50,455 nt of DNA from a virus. Taxonomy: Duplodnaviria; Caudoviricetes. The stretch covers positions 1 through 50,455 of the IMG/VR virus record IMGVR_UViG_3300037565_000061, one strand, 5' to 3'. Below the pieces are notes generated by a model, which made no database searches, was not told where the DNA came from, and saw nothing but the letters and a program-made list of their open reading frames with translations. Position numbers and translations under genes: made by a program. Below are positions 17,490 to 26,429 of the stretch, piece after piece; position 1 is the first letter of the stretch; each line of letters begins with the position of its first letter.

Positions 17490-18316
17490 TTCTTGTCCTT
17501 TCGGTTGATGTTGCGGAGGGCGTGCTCCAGCTTGGCGGTCGCCATGATCGCCGGCTTCACGTCCTGGGGTGCCCGGTCGTAGTCGCGGCCGGACTTGCCG
17601 TTGAGGCGGGGCAGGAGGCCGCGCGGCACGGCCTCCCAGTTCTTCGGGTCGCAGTTGGTCCTGTCGCCATCGAGGCTCTTGAGCACGTGGCCCTCTGGCA
17701 CGGGGCCGTTCGCTTGCTCCCAGAGCCACCTGTGCTTCTGGACGGGCCGGGTGGAGGCCCCTGACCAGGGGTTCTCCTCGGCCACGATCAGGATCACGTA
17801 GCCGGTGCGCTTGCAGATGCGCTCGTGCCCGGGTCCGATCCTGTTGTGCGCCCTGGCGCCCTTCTTGAACTGGGTCTTCCGGCTGTTGCCCTTCGACCCG
17901 ATCTTGCGCCCCTTCGACCAGGGCTCGTGGCCCTTCTCGAAATGTCCGGTCCTGCCTGACCGGATGCCGTGGTTCTTGCGGAAGGAGATGATCTGCGCCC
18001 GCGTCACGTCGATGTCGGGGAAGGCCGCGCAGAACTGCCGATAGGTCTCCTCGCGGGATAGCTCCGCGTTTGCCTTGAGCCACTCGATCTGCTCGCCTGT
18101 AAAGAGGGTTGATTTGCCCTTCCGGCGCTTGCGCCCTGCCGGGCCCGCCGACCAGCCGTTGCGGCTGCACAGGGCCTTGAGGTGGTCGGCGGTGACATCG
18201 TCGCGGCCGAACCGCGTGGCGAACTTCTCCGCCATTTCCTTGCGGGCCAGCGTCTTGTGCGCCTCGACCCAGGCAAGCTCCTCGGCGGAGTAGGGGATGG
18301 GCCTACTTCGCGGCAT
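17486..18316 (-). CDS. HNH endonuclease (HNH_3 type) with N-terminal helical repeats
   Basis: GHFEKGHEPWSKG, TQFKKG, KHRWLWEQANGPVPEG..LDGDRTNC..N. Confidence 0.85.
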   Translation of the reverse strand: MPRSRPIPYSAEELAWVEAHKTLARKEMAEKFATRFGRDDVTADHLKALCSRNGWSAGPAGRKRRKGKSTLFTGEQIEWLKANAELSREETYRQFCAAFPDIDVTRAQIISFRKNHGIRSGRTGHFEKGHEPWSKGRKIGSKGNSRKTQFKKGARAHNRIGPGHERICKRTGYVILIVAEENPWSGASTRPVQKHRWLWEQANGPVPEGHVLKSLDGDRTNCDPKNWEAVPRGLLPRLNGKSGRDYDRAPQDVKPAIMATAKLEHALRNINRKDKK

Positions 18317-18548
18317 CGGAACTGCCGATCTGGGGGAGCTGGGGCAGGATCTTCTCGCCGTGCTGGGCGTAGAGCTCGGCCCCCTTCAGCCTGATCTTCG
18401 CGGTCTCGTTGATCTGGTCCGCGACCTTGACCATGGCTTCACCGCGCGAAATCTCGCGCTCGATCTGCTCGGTGGACATATTCTCGTCGGCCAGCCGTTC
18501 GAGCTGGGCGAAGAGGTGGTCGTTGAGGTCTTGCAGCTTGTTCTTCAT
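18303..18548 (-). CDS. Conserved phage protein typically paired with the HNH gene
   Basis: MKNKLQDLNDHLFAQLERL motif; AAGGAG RBS. Confidence 0.8.
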   Translation of the reverse strand: MKNKLQDLNDHLFAQLERLADENMSTEQIEREISRGEAMVKVADQINETAKIRLKGAELYAQHGEKILPQLPQIGSSDAAK

Positions 18549-18560
18549 CTCGGTCTCCTT

Positions 18561-18773
18561 TCACATGATGAAGCCGGACATCGGCTCCAGTGGTTCGTCA
18601 TCGAGGACCGCGTCGACGATGTCGTCTCCGAAGACCGCCTCGATGACGTCGGCAAGAAGCTCGGCCGGTTCCTGGCGGCGGCGTTCCGCGATCTCGGCAA
18701 CGCTCTTTGCAAGGTCGCCGCGCAGGGTCAGCTCCAAGTCGATTTCGATCTCCTGCAGGGGGTGAATGCTCAA
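18561..18773 (-). CDS. Small acidic hypothetical protein
   Basis: TTG start overlapping upstream stop, GGAGG RBS. Confidence 0.6.
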   Translation of the reverse strand: MSIHPLQEIEIDLELTLRGDLAKSVAEIAERRRQEPAELLADVIEAVFGDDIVDAVLDDEPLEPMSGFIM

Positions 18774-19066
18774 TTCAAAGGCCCTCCCCGAGGAGTGGTC
18801 AGGGCATTCTCGATGTGCTTTTCGATCACCGTCGCCAATGCCCTACCGAACTCAGGGTCAGCGGCGTTTCCGGCCCGAATGATCTCAGCAACCATGATGC
18901 CGACCGTATTGGTCACGGCATTGATCTGCCCTTCGAAGTCGGCTTTCCGGTATCGGTGGAACAGATCGCGCAGGTGCTTCGATGCCTCACGCGTTTGGCG
19001 CTCGATGATGCGCCTGATCTCCGGGTCATCGGGGTCGCCGCGCTCAAGCCAGATAGGGTCGGTCAT
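18770..19066 (-). CDS. Hypothetical protein
   Basis: AGGAG RBS, ATGA overlap. Confidence 0.65.
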   Translation of the reverse strand: MTDPIWLERGDPDDPEIRRIIERQTREASKHLRDLFHRYRKADFEGQINAVTNTVGIMVAEIIRAGNAADPEFGRALATVIEKHIENALTTPRGGPLN

Positions 19067-19467
19067 TCTGCGGCTCCTTTGTAGCTGGCGAAGGTGCGCT
19101 TGGTCGGCACGTCGGGTCGGACCTCGAAGGACCGCAGCCCCGAGAAGATCGTGACGGCGCGGGCGCGGGCCTCGCTCATGGTGCTGCCACAGGGCATCTC
19201 GAAGGCGCGGCCCCGCTTGAAGCCGCCGCCGATCAGGATCTCGGCCCAGGCGCGCAGGTCGAGCCGCCAGACCTCGCTGGAGAAGCGGTACTCGGCCACG
19301 CTGCCGACCTCGGATTGCAGGCCCTCTATCTCATGGGCGATCATCTCGGCTTCGGCGGGAAGGTCCTCGTCGAGAGCGGCCCGCATGGCGACGGCCCGCT
19401 CGGTGATGAATGCGCTCTCCGACCAGCCGAGGCGGATATGGGCGATGGCGTCTTTGATCGGGATCAT
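19063..19467 (-). CDS. Hypothetical protein
   Basis: GGAGG RBS, ATGA overlap. Confidence 0.65.
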   Translation of the reverse strand: MIPIKDAIAHIRLGWSESAFITERAVAMRAALDEDLPAEAEMIAHEIEGLQSEVGSVAEYRFSSEVWRLDLRAWAEILIGGGFKRGRAFEMPCGSTMSEARARAVTIFSGLRSFEVRPDVPTKRTFASYKGAAE

Positions 19468-19730
19468 GCCGCCACCTCCAGTGCGATGCGCTCCAGGTGC
19501 GCGATGTCCTGCACGATTGTGGGGCCGGGGCTGATGAAGAAGCAGAAGGTCTCCACGCGCTCGCCCATGTCCATTTCACGAAGGATGACCGATGTTATCA
19601 GGTCGCCACCGCGGTAGACCGAGCAGCACTCGATGTTGACCTGTCGGCTTCTGGTTTCCTTGGCCTCCCAGAGGGGCCGAAGCGCGTAGCCGGCTTCGCA
19701 AAAGTGGCGCTTTGTCTCGTGGAGGTTCAT
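19464..19730 (-). CDS. Hypothetical protein
   Basis: GAGG RBS, ATGA overlap, ends EVAA. Confidence 0.65.
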   Translation of the reverse strand: MNLHETKRHFCEAGYALRPLWEAKETRSRQVNIECCSVYRGGDLITSVILREMDMGERVETFCFFISPGPTIVQDIAHLERIALEVAA

Positions 19731-20008
19731 GCCGCCACCTCGTCCACCAGGTAGGCGCCGATGCCCTTGGTTACGAAGCGGCTGATCTCATGCTGCCGCC
19801 CGCGCTTGGTCTCTGCCAGAAGCACGGCCTTGGCCGGGAACCACTTGGTGGCGGGCTTGACGGCCCAGCCGATGACCAGGGCCTCCTCCTCCTGCGGTCC
19901 CTCGAAGTCGGCGCCGCCGGTATCGACCGGGCAGCCCCAGAAGAACCGGACACGGGTGCCGGGGAGGAAGGTGAGCACGTTGTGCGGGGTGATGCGAATG
20001 TCAGCCAT
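19727..20008 (-). CDS. Hypothetical protein
   Basis: AGGAGG RBS, ends EVAA. Confidence 0.65.
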   Translation of the reverse strand: MADIRITPHNVLTFLPGTRVRFFWGCPVDTGGADFEGPQEEEALVIGWAVKPATKWFPAKAVLLAETKRGRQHEISRFVTKGIGAYLVDEVAA

Positions 20009-20195
20009 CGTAGACCTCCTGTTCGTAGAGCGTTTCGGACGTGAGTGGATCGGTGTTCTCCGCCGCGATCCGGCGGGCTGCCTGGAGGTTGCTGATCCCC
20101 CAGCGGCGGGCGTCGAAGGCGACGGCCTTGCGGGTGAACACCACGCGGTTGTCGTTGTCGGATTTGACCACGTACTGGCGTTGGCGGCGGGGCAT
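20001..20195 (-). CDS. Hypothetical protein
   Basis: MPRRQRQYVV..., AAGGAG RBS. Confidence 0.6.
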   Translation of the reverse strand: MPRRQRQYVVKSDNDNRVVFTRKAVAFDARRWGISNLQAARRIAAENTDPLTSETLYEQEVYDG

Positions 20196-20209
20196 GTCGG
20201 ACTCCTTCA

Positions 20210-20290
20210 TCAGAGGATCACCCCGACCCAGAACAGGCCGAGGATCACCAGGGTTGCGATCAGAAATTCGGGATGGGCGGGGCCGGGCAT
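20210..20290 (-). CDS. 26-aa single-TM peptide
   Basis: MPGPAHPEFLIATLVILGLFWVGVIL; TAATG coupling; fills gap. Confidence 0.45.
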   Translation of the reverse strand: MPGPAHPEFLIATLVILGLFWVGVIL

Positions 20291-20508
20291 TACGCGGCCA
20301 CCTGCATCAGTTGCTCTTCGTGAAGCTGCTCGCGGGCCGCGTCGGTCAGTTCAGCTTCGGGGTAGAGCTCGACCGCCAAAAGCGCGGCCTCGGTGAAGGT
20401 GCAGCACTCAACGATGTCCCTGCACTCAAAGTTTTGACGGTCGAAGATGACCGCGCGAAACTGGCCGGTGGGGGTCTGGTGGGGCAGTTCGAGGATGATG
20501 GAAAGCAT
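20290..20508 (-). CDS. Hypothetical protein
   Basis: TAGGAGA RBS; first gene after operator-bearing promoter. Confidence 0.65.
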   Translation of the reverse strand: MLSIILELPHQTPTGQFRAVIFDRQNFECRDIVECCTFTEAALLAVELYPEAELTDAAREQLHEEQLMQVAA

Positions 20509-20531
20509 CTATGATTCTCCTAAAAGTCTGT

Positions 20532-20592
20532 GGGCTTCATCGCCCGGTACGTTCATCATATCGCAAATAGCGACCTTAGTACACAAAAAAAA
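20532..20592 (-). promoter_or_regulatory. Leftward promoter cassette with operator and leader hairpin
   Basis: Operator ATCGCAAATAGCGAC 20560-20574, -10 TATGAT, upstream T-tract, hairpin 20532-20546. Confidence 0.7.
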
Positions 20593-20743
20593 CCCTGTCG
20601 AAACATGGTCTTACTACATCTTGCTCGCCATTATTGACGTAACCCCCAAATGTTGACAGGTTTGCCGTGCTTGCACCTGCGCTTGCTTCTTCCTGTTGGA
20701 CCTCGACCCGCTCACGCTGTCCCGCGTGGGCGGGTTTCCCTTT

Positions 20744-21616
20744 TCAGGCCGCAGCGGAGACGCTGGCGGCGCGCAGAAGCTCCCGCTCCATCTGCCCCAG
20801 ATGGCGGCACAGGAGCCGGATCTTCTCGGCGCATTTCTGGGCCTGATCGGGGTCCACCCGACCATCGACCTGGAAGGGCCCATCCTTGAACAGCGGCATC
20901 AGATCGGCCCCGAGCTTGTCGAGCTTCTCGCTCAAGGGCGTGATCGACTTACGCTTGGGCATCTCCGTGACCATGGGCATCTCGGCCTGGGCTTCCTTGG
21001 CCTCGATGGCCGCTGCCGCCGAGGCTGCCGCCTGATCGTTATTCGCCAGCCCGCGCTTGCAGAGCGACAGGAACTCGGTCTGGCCCTGCGGTGACAGGCC
21101 GGCCATGTGATAGGCTTGGGTCCATGAGATGACGCCCTTCTCGGCCAGCGCCCGGTTGTCCTCGCTGAGACCGAGCAGCTTGACCCGGTAGGGGATCCGC
21201 CATGACTGGGACATGCCGAGCTTCTTCGCCAGTTCCGGCACGGTAAAGCCAAACTCGGTCAGGGCGCGGTGATAGGCTTTGGCCTCCTCGATGGGCGAAA
21301 CCTCGGCCCGTTGCAGGTTCTCCAAGATCGCGTCAATGTGCATGGTCTTCTCGTCCATGCGCCGCACGTGGCAGAGAATGTCCGAGACCTCGCCCCGCTC
21401 GGCCAGGATCAGGTGGGCGCGGAAGCGCCGCTCGCCCATGACCACCATGAAGCGGTGCCCCTCGGCGTCTGGCTCGATGGGCCGCACGGTGATCGGTTGC
21501 TTGAGACCGTTCTCCGAGATCGAGGCGGCGAGATCCTCAAGGCCCCTCTGGTCGAAGTGCTGGCGGGGCTGATCGGGGTTGCGCGTGATCGCGTCTAGCG
21601 ATATTCGTTTCAGCAT
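20744..21616 (-). CDS. ParB/Spo0J-family protein
   Basis: NPDQPRQHFD, LAASISENGLKQPI, GERRFRA, ENLQR.E.SPIEEA, HTH; start at MLKRIS. Confidence 0.9.
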   Translation of the reverse strand: MLKRISLDAITRNPDQPRQHFDQRGLEDLAASISENGLKQPITVRPIEPDAEGHRFMVVMGERRFRAHLILAERGEVSDILCHVRRMDEKTMHIDAILENLQRAEVSPIEEAKAYHRALTEFGFTVPELAKKLGMSQSWRIPYRVKLLGLSEDNRALAEKGVISWTQAYHMAGLSPQGQTEFLSLCKRGLANNDQAAASAAAAIEAKEAQAEMPMVTEMPKRKSITPLSEKLDKLGADLMPLFKDGPFQVDGRVDPDQAQKCAEKIRLLCRHLGQMERELLRAASVSAAA

Positions 21617-21692
21617 CGCGGATTTCCTTTCCGGGTGATTGCGATGATGGGCAGGGCCGGTGAAATGGAAGCGACCGGCGCCGCCCGATTTT

Positions 21693-21947
21693 TCAGGGAC
21701 TGACGGGATAGAGCTCGTAGAGGGCATCCATCGCATCGCGGTAGAGCTGGGCCGGATCGCGGCCGAGCGCCTTGGCGAACCTGGGGTTCGTGAGCGCATC
21801 CCAACCGCGCTGGATCGTGACCTTGTGGCGACCGAGCATCCGAAAGCCCTTGGCGATCCGCAGGGCGTCCCGCTCCCGGCCTTCGCGCAGGGCTTGACGG
21901 AGTTGATCGCTTTTCGTGATAAGGGGATTTGCGCGGGGGATGGTCAC
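21693..21947 (-). CDS. Hypothetical phage protein
   Basis: ALRIAKGFRMLG...NPRFAKALGRDP; GTG start after upstream stop. Confidence 0.65.
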   Translation of the reverse strand: MTIPRANPLITKSDQLRQALREGRERDALRIAKGFRMLGRHKVTIQRGWDALTNPRFAKALGRDPAQLYRDAMDALYELYPVSP

Positions 21948-21949
21948 GG

Positions 21950-22354
21950 CTACACGTCCAGTGTCTGCTGTTGAGGGTTCGTTTCCTTCACCCCGCTCCA
22001 TTCCTCCACAGGAACGCCAGTCTCGCGGGTGATCCACTCGGCCACCATGGTCCGGTGACACCAGTTGCCCGCGTGAAGCGGCGGCTTCTCGAAACAGAGC
22101 AGGACAGCACGGCCCTCCTCGGAGCGGTCCTCAAGGTCGCTCAGAACCTTCTGGGGATCGAGCTTGTCCAGCACCTCGGCAAAGAACCTGCGCCGGTAGA
22201 CCGACTGATCCTTGGCCCTCTGAAGGATGTCTCGGGTTGGCGCGAGGGCGCGGTACATGCGGTAGCCGCCGTCGCCGCCGCGTGGCGCGCCCCGGCTGAT
22301 ACCGATCCGGCCAGGCCCCCTGTAGTGAAACCAACAGGACGTGAAAATCTGCAT
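21950..22354 (-). CDS. DUF488-family protein
   Basis: IFTS, RIGISRGAP, LAPT, VLLCFEKP...CHRTMVAEW; TAGGAGA RBS. Confidence 0.8.
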   Translation of the reverse strand: MQIFTSCWFHYRGPGRIGISRGAPRGGDGGYRMYRALAPTRDILQRAKDQSVYRRRFFAEVLDKLDPQKVLSDLEDRSEEGRAVLLCFEKPPLHAGNWCHRTMVAEWITRETGVPVEEWSGVKETNPQQQTLDV

Positions 22355-22381
22355 ATGTCGTCTCCTAGATTGAACACCCCC

Positions 22382-22410
22382 AGCATATCGCAAATAGCGA
22401 CGGTATGCAA
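22382..22410 (-). promoter_or_regulatory. Leftward promoter with operator in divergent intergenic region
   Basis: TTGCAT-17-TATGCT on minus strand; operator ATCGCAAATAGCGAC 22387-22401. Confidence 0.75.
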
Positions 22411-22431
22411 TGTAAGTGACTGGCGCGGCTC

Positions 22432-23798
22432 ATGTTTTTAGGTGTCGTCCCGAAAGAGTGCATCCAGCAGATCTTTAAGGTCATGGACTTCTCGGCGGTG
22501 CGCGACGTTCACCTGTGCTGCTCGGGCACCTTCCGCCTGGAGCGCGCCTTCGCCCAGTTGCACCCCGAGATCCGGGTTCACAGCAACGATGTCTCGCTCT
22601 TCTCCTGCGTCATCGGGGGCCTGGCGACCAACAAGCCGGTGGACTTCCGCTTCGCCGGGGAGCTGGAGTGGGTCGAGAAGCACCTGAGCACCGACCCGAT
22701 CCAGCGGGCCGCTGCGGTGATGGTGGCCTTCGAGATGGCCCGCTTCGCGCGGCGCAACAACGCCTTCAACGTGCGGCACTTCGACTTCTACGCGCTCAAC
22801 TTCATGGCCTACGTCGAGCGCACCATGCCGAAGATCGAAAGCATCCTGGCCGCGCTGAACGTGACCAGCTTTTTCGGCGGCGACTGGCTGGAACACGCCT
22901 ATGCGGGGATCGAGAAGGACGCGACCACGCTGGCCTTCCCGCCCTTCACCAAGGGCGGCTACGAGGTCCAGTTCAAGTTCCTCAACGACAACGTGGCCTG
23001 GGACGAGCCGTCCTACGGCCTGTGGAACCCCGAGGACCTTCACGCCGAGACCCGCAAGCTGGAGGCAGCGGGCTCGAAATACTGCATCCTGACCGATCAG
23101 GCTTGGGAGGATCAGGAGCCGGTGCTGAAATACACTGCCGGCCTGCGCCTGCCGCATTACTGCTACGCCCATACCAAGGCGTCGAGCTTCATCGCCAAGC
23201 GCGGCCGGGCGCAGCCGTTCAAGTACCGGCCCATCGAGATCGACAAGCTCGGGCCTGATACAAAAATCACCGTGGTTCCGGCAGATGGCGCCAAGATGAA
23301 CTTCATCAAGGATGTCTACCTCGCCAAGAACATCCAGCATGTCTCTGGCTCGCAGAACTTCCTGATCTATGCAGATGGGATGCTGCTCGGCTCGGTGATC
23401 TATGACGAGGGGCCGAAAACACGCATGGCTTACGGCTCGCGCACCATCTTGCTGCTGTCGGACCTCTCGATCAGCCGGGCGGGCAAGCTCTCCAAGCTGG
23501 TCGCCTCCATCGCCACCTCGCGCGCCCTGATCGGCGCCATGGAGGCCAAGCTCCTCAAGCGGTACGAGCGGGTCGTCACCACGGCCTTCTCCAAGCACCC
23601 CAACTCGATGAAGTACCGCGGCGTCTTCAAGAAACTCTCCCGCCGCCGCAACGACACCGACACCGGCTTCGTCATCCAGTACGGCGCGCCGGTCACGGAC
23701 GAGACCCCCAGGCCCTGTACAACAAATGGTGGAACCAGCATGGACAAGCTCGAGACCAAGATCGAAAGGCTACCCCTAAAGGCGCTCAAACATCTTGA
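22432..23798 (+). CDS. Dam-like methyltransferase-fold protein with GNAT/Mom-like C-terminal domain (putative DNA modification); native end needs one extra C at 23705-23709
   Basis: CCSGTF..E, VHSNDVS, AFPPF..GGYE, TTAFSKHPNSMKYRGVF; -1 frame gives ETPQALYNKWWNQHG...TS*; as sequenced it reads through into ParB (691 aa ORF). Confidence 0.6.
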
Positions 23799-24507
23799 GG
23801 TCAACGCCCGCTACATGACGGCGGAGCAGCAGAAGCGCCTCACCGAGAACATCAAGCGCGACGGCGGCCTCACCTCGCTCCCCCTCGTCTGGCTGCGCCA
23901 CGACAAGAAGGGCAAGCCGCTCAAGACGCCGAGCTACGAGATCCTCTCGGGCAACCACCGCGTCTACTCCGCCCGCGAGGCCGGGCTCGAGGAGATCGAC
24001 TGCATCGTGATCCTCAACAACATCGACGAGCAGCGCCGCGTCGAGCTTCAGCTCGCCCACAATGCCGTCACCGGGCAGGACGACCTCTCGATCCTCGAAG
24101 GTCTCTACGAGTCCCTCTCCCTGCTCGGCAAGGAATACTCCGGCCTCACCGATGAGGTCTTCAAAGGCATGATGGACATAAACCTCGACGGCCTCAGCGT
24201 GGCAGGCCCCGACTACCAGGACATCAACCTCTCCTTCCTGCCCTCCAACGCCGCTGAGTTCGAGGCTCTGCTCAAGCGCGCGGCCAAGGCTGCGAAGGTG
24301 CTCCACTACGCGGCGCGGATCGAGGACTTCGATAACCTCTTCGACGCGATCGTCAGAACCAAGGAGGCGATGAACGTCCAGAACGCGGCCCTGGCGATGA
24401 CACTGGTGGCAGAGCTTGCCATCGAGCGGCTGGAGCAAATCGAGGCGGAAAACGAGGCAGAAGAAAACGGGGAGGCGGCGGAAATCCTGGAGGAGGACGC
24501 GGCATGA
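23740..24507 (+). CDS. ParB N-terminal (ParB/Srx) domain protein
   Basis: Own ATG with GGTGGA upstream; NARYM, LTENIKRDG, YEILSGNHRV..AREAG, QLAHN..GQDD. Confidence 0.8.
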   Translation: MDKLETKIERLPLKALKHLEVNARYMTAEQQKRLTENIKRDGGLTSLPLVWLRHDKKGKPLKTPSYEILSGNHRVYSAREAGLEEIDCIVILNNIDEQRRVELQLAHNAVTGQDDLSILEGLYESLSLLGKEYSGLTDEVFKGMMDINLDGLSVAGPDYQDINLSFLPSNAAEFEALLKRAAKAAKVLHYAARIEDFDNLFDAIVRTKEAMNVQNAALAMTLVAELAIERLEQIEAENEAEENGEAAEILEEDAA

Positions 24508-24550
24508 AATACGGAGACAAAACAGACACTCACGCGCGTTGGGGTGCCCT

Positions 24551-25006
24551 GTGACGGCGGCGAAGCGGCGCGGCGGTCGCCAGACAAAACTCACCGTCGC
24601 CAAGGTCAGGCTCGCCATCGAGAACACCGGCGCGATCCGCACAGCCATGGCAAAGCACCTCGGCGTTGCCCGGGCCACGCTCTACAAGTTCCTCAACGAG
24701 CACCCGGAGCTGAAGACCGAGATCCACGATGTCGAGGAGCAGACCATCGACCTGGCGGAAGGGCAGGTGCTCAAGGCGATCAAGGACATGGATATGTCCA
24801 CGGTGCGCTGGTTTCTCGACCGCAAGGCCAAGCATCGCGGTTACGGCAACATCACCATCACGGGCGCGGACGGCGGCGCGATTCAGGTGGAACACGCCAT
24901 GGCGAAGCCGGACTACAGCAACCTGACGCTCGCGGAAAAAAAGCAGATGCTCGCCCTGCACAAGAAGGCCATGGCGAAGCCCGACAATGCTGCTCCAAGC
25001 AAATGA
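24551..25006 (+). CDS. Terminase small subunit (HTH)
   Basis: AKHLGVARATLYKF, DLAEGQV, WFL..K.K.RGY, ITGADGGAIQ, DYSNLT; directly upstream of TerL. Confidence 0.8.
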   Translation: MTAAKRRGGRQTKLTVAKVRLAIENTGAIRTAMAKHLGVARATLYKFLNEHPELKTEIHDVEEQTIDLAEGQVLKAIKDMDMSTVRWFLDRKAKHRGYGNITITGADGGAIQVEHAMAKPDYSNLTLAEKKQMLALHKKAMAKPDNAAPSK

Positions 25007-26429
25007 GGAGCAGGCCCTAGAAGCGGAGATCAGCGCCGAGAGCTTGGCCGAGATGGTCGAGTTGGGCTGGAACCAGGTCGAGGCCCGCAAGCTGACGCGC
25101 AACTGGCACATGGATGCCATCTGCGATCACCTGCAGGGGGTCAGCCGGGGCGAGATTCCGCGGATCATCTTCAACGTCCCGCCGCGCCACACCAAGTCGT
25201 TGACCTGCAACGTCTTCTGGCCCGCCTGGGACTGGATCGCCAACCCTTGGCGCACCTTCCTCTTCTCCTCCTACCGGGTCAGCCTGTCGGAGCGGGACAA
25301 CAAGAAGGCGCGCAAGCTGGTCGGCTCCGAGTGGTATCAGAACCGCTTCGAACCGCGCGTCGATCCCTTGAACGACACCACCTCGCGCTGGGGCATCAAG
25401 GGCGGCGGTGAACGCCTGATCACCTCCGTGGGCGGGGCCTCCTCGACCGGGGAGGGCGGCGACATCATCGTGATCGACGACCCGATCTCGGCCGATGCCG
25501 CCCGCCAGCCCAAGCAGCGCCAGAACGTCATCGACTGGTGGGACGAGACCATCAAGAGCCGTCTCAACGACCCCGAGCACGGCGCCTTCGTCATCATCAT
25601 GCAGCGGCTCCACGAGGAGGACCTGACGGGCCATATCCTGGCCCACGAGACCGGCTGGGACCACCTCTGCCTGCCCGCCCGCTACGAGCCGGACCACCCG
25701 CACCCGATCCGCTCCTCCATCGGCTTCAAGGATCCGCGCAAGACACCGGGCGAGCTTCTGAACCCCAAGCGGTTCAACGCCAAGTCGCTCAACGACATCG
25801 CGCCCGAAGGCTCCTACGCCGAGGCCGGTCAGTTGCAGCAGCGCCCCGCACCCCGCGAGGGCGGCATGTTCAGCCGCTCCTGGTTCTCCACGGTCCCTGC
25901 CGCCCCAACCTGCATCCGCTGGGTGAGGGCCTGGGACCTGGCCGCCTCGACGGAGAAGGACAGCGCCTACACCGCCGGCGCCCTCGTCGGCATCACCGCT
26001 TCCGGTCAGTACGTCATCGCGGACATGCGCCGCGAGCAGCTTTCGGCGGCCAACGTCAAGCGCCTGATCCGCAACACCGCCGACCAGGACCGCGAGACCC
26101 TGGGCCAGATCCTCGGCTCGATCCCGAAAGACCCCGGTTCGGGCGGCAAGGCATGGGCGCAGGAGATCATCGCGGCGCTCGCCGGTCACAACTACCGAGC
26201 CAGCCCCGAGGACGGCAGTAAGGAAACCCGCGCCGAGCCGGTCTCGGCCCAGGCCGAGGTGGGCAACGTGATGCTCGTCAAGGGCGACTGGAACAAGCCC
26301 TTCCTCGACGAGATCGAGCTCTTCCCGAACGGCAAGTTCGCGGACCAGGTGGATGCCCTCTCACGGGCCTTCATGGAACTTCAAAAGAAACAGTCAGGGC
26401 CGCTCAAAGGCAGGTATCGCTATGGATAA
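24987..26429 (+). CDS. terL: Terminase large subunit
   Basis: NVPPRHTKS (Walker A), IIVIDDP (Walker B), MQRLHEEDL, WDLA, FPNG..DQVDA. Confidence 0.95.
   Translation: MLLQANEEQALEAEISAESLAEMVELGWNQVEARKLTRNWHMDAICDHLQGVSRGEIPRIIFNVPPRHTKSLTCNVFWPAWDWIANPWRTFLFSSYRVSLSERDNKKARKLVGSEWYQNRFEPRVDPLNDTTSRWGIKGGGERLITSVGGASSTGEGGDIIVIDDPISADAARQPKQRQNVIDWWDETIKSRLNDPEHGAFVIIMQRLHEEDLTGHILAHETGWDHLCLPARYEPDHPHPIRSSIGFKDPRKTPGELLNPKRFNAKSLNDIAPEGSYAEAGQLQQRPAPREGGMFSRSWFSTVPAAPTCIRWVRAWDLAASTEKDSAYTAGALVGITASGQYVIADMRREQLSAANVKRLIRNTADQDRETLGQILGSIPKDPGSGGKAWAQEIIAALAGHNYRASPEDGSKETRAEPVSAQAEVGNVMLVKGDWNKPFLDEIELFPNGKFADQVDALSRAFMELQKKQSGPLKGRYRYG

Noticed and set aside
20744-21616. Plasmid-prophage partition system
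   Set aside because: No parA and no canonical parS seen; the element is integrated with an intact integrase
22432-24507. Single genuine 691-aa protein
   Set aside because: Junction codons and the alternative-frame C-terminus point to two genes joined by a 1-nt indel; kept as a finding
24504-24554. 16-codon ORF MKYGDKTDTHARWGAL bridging ParB and terS
   Set aside because: ATGA/GTGA overlaps are suggestive but it is too short to support without translation data
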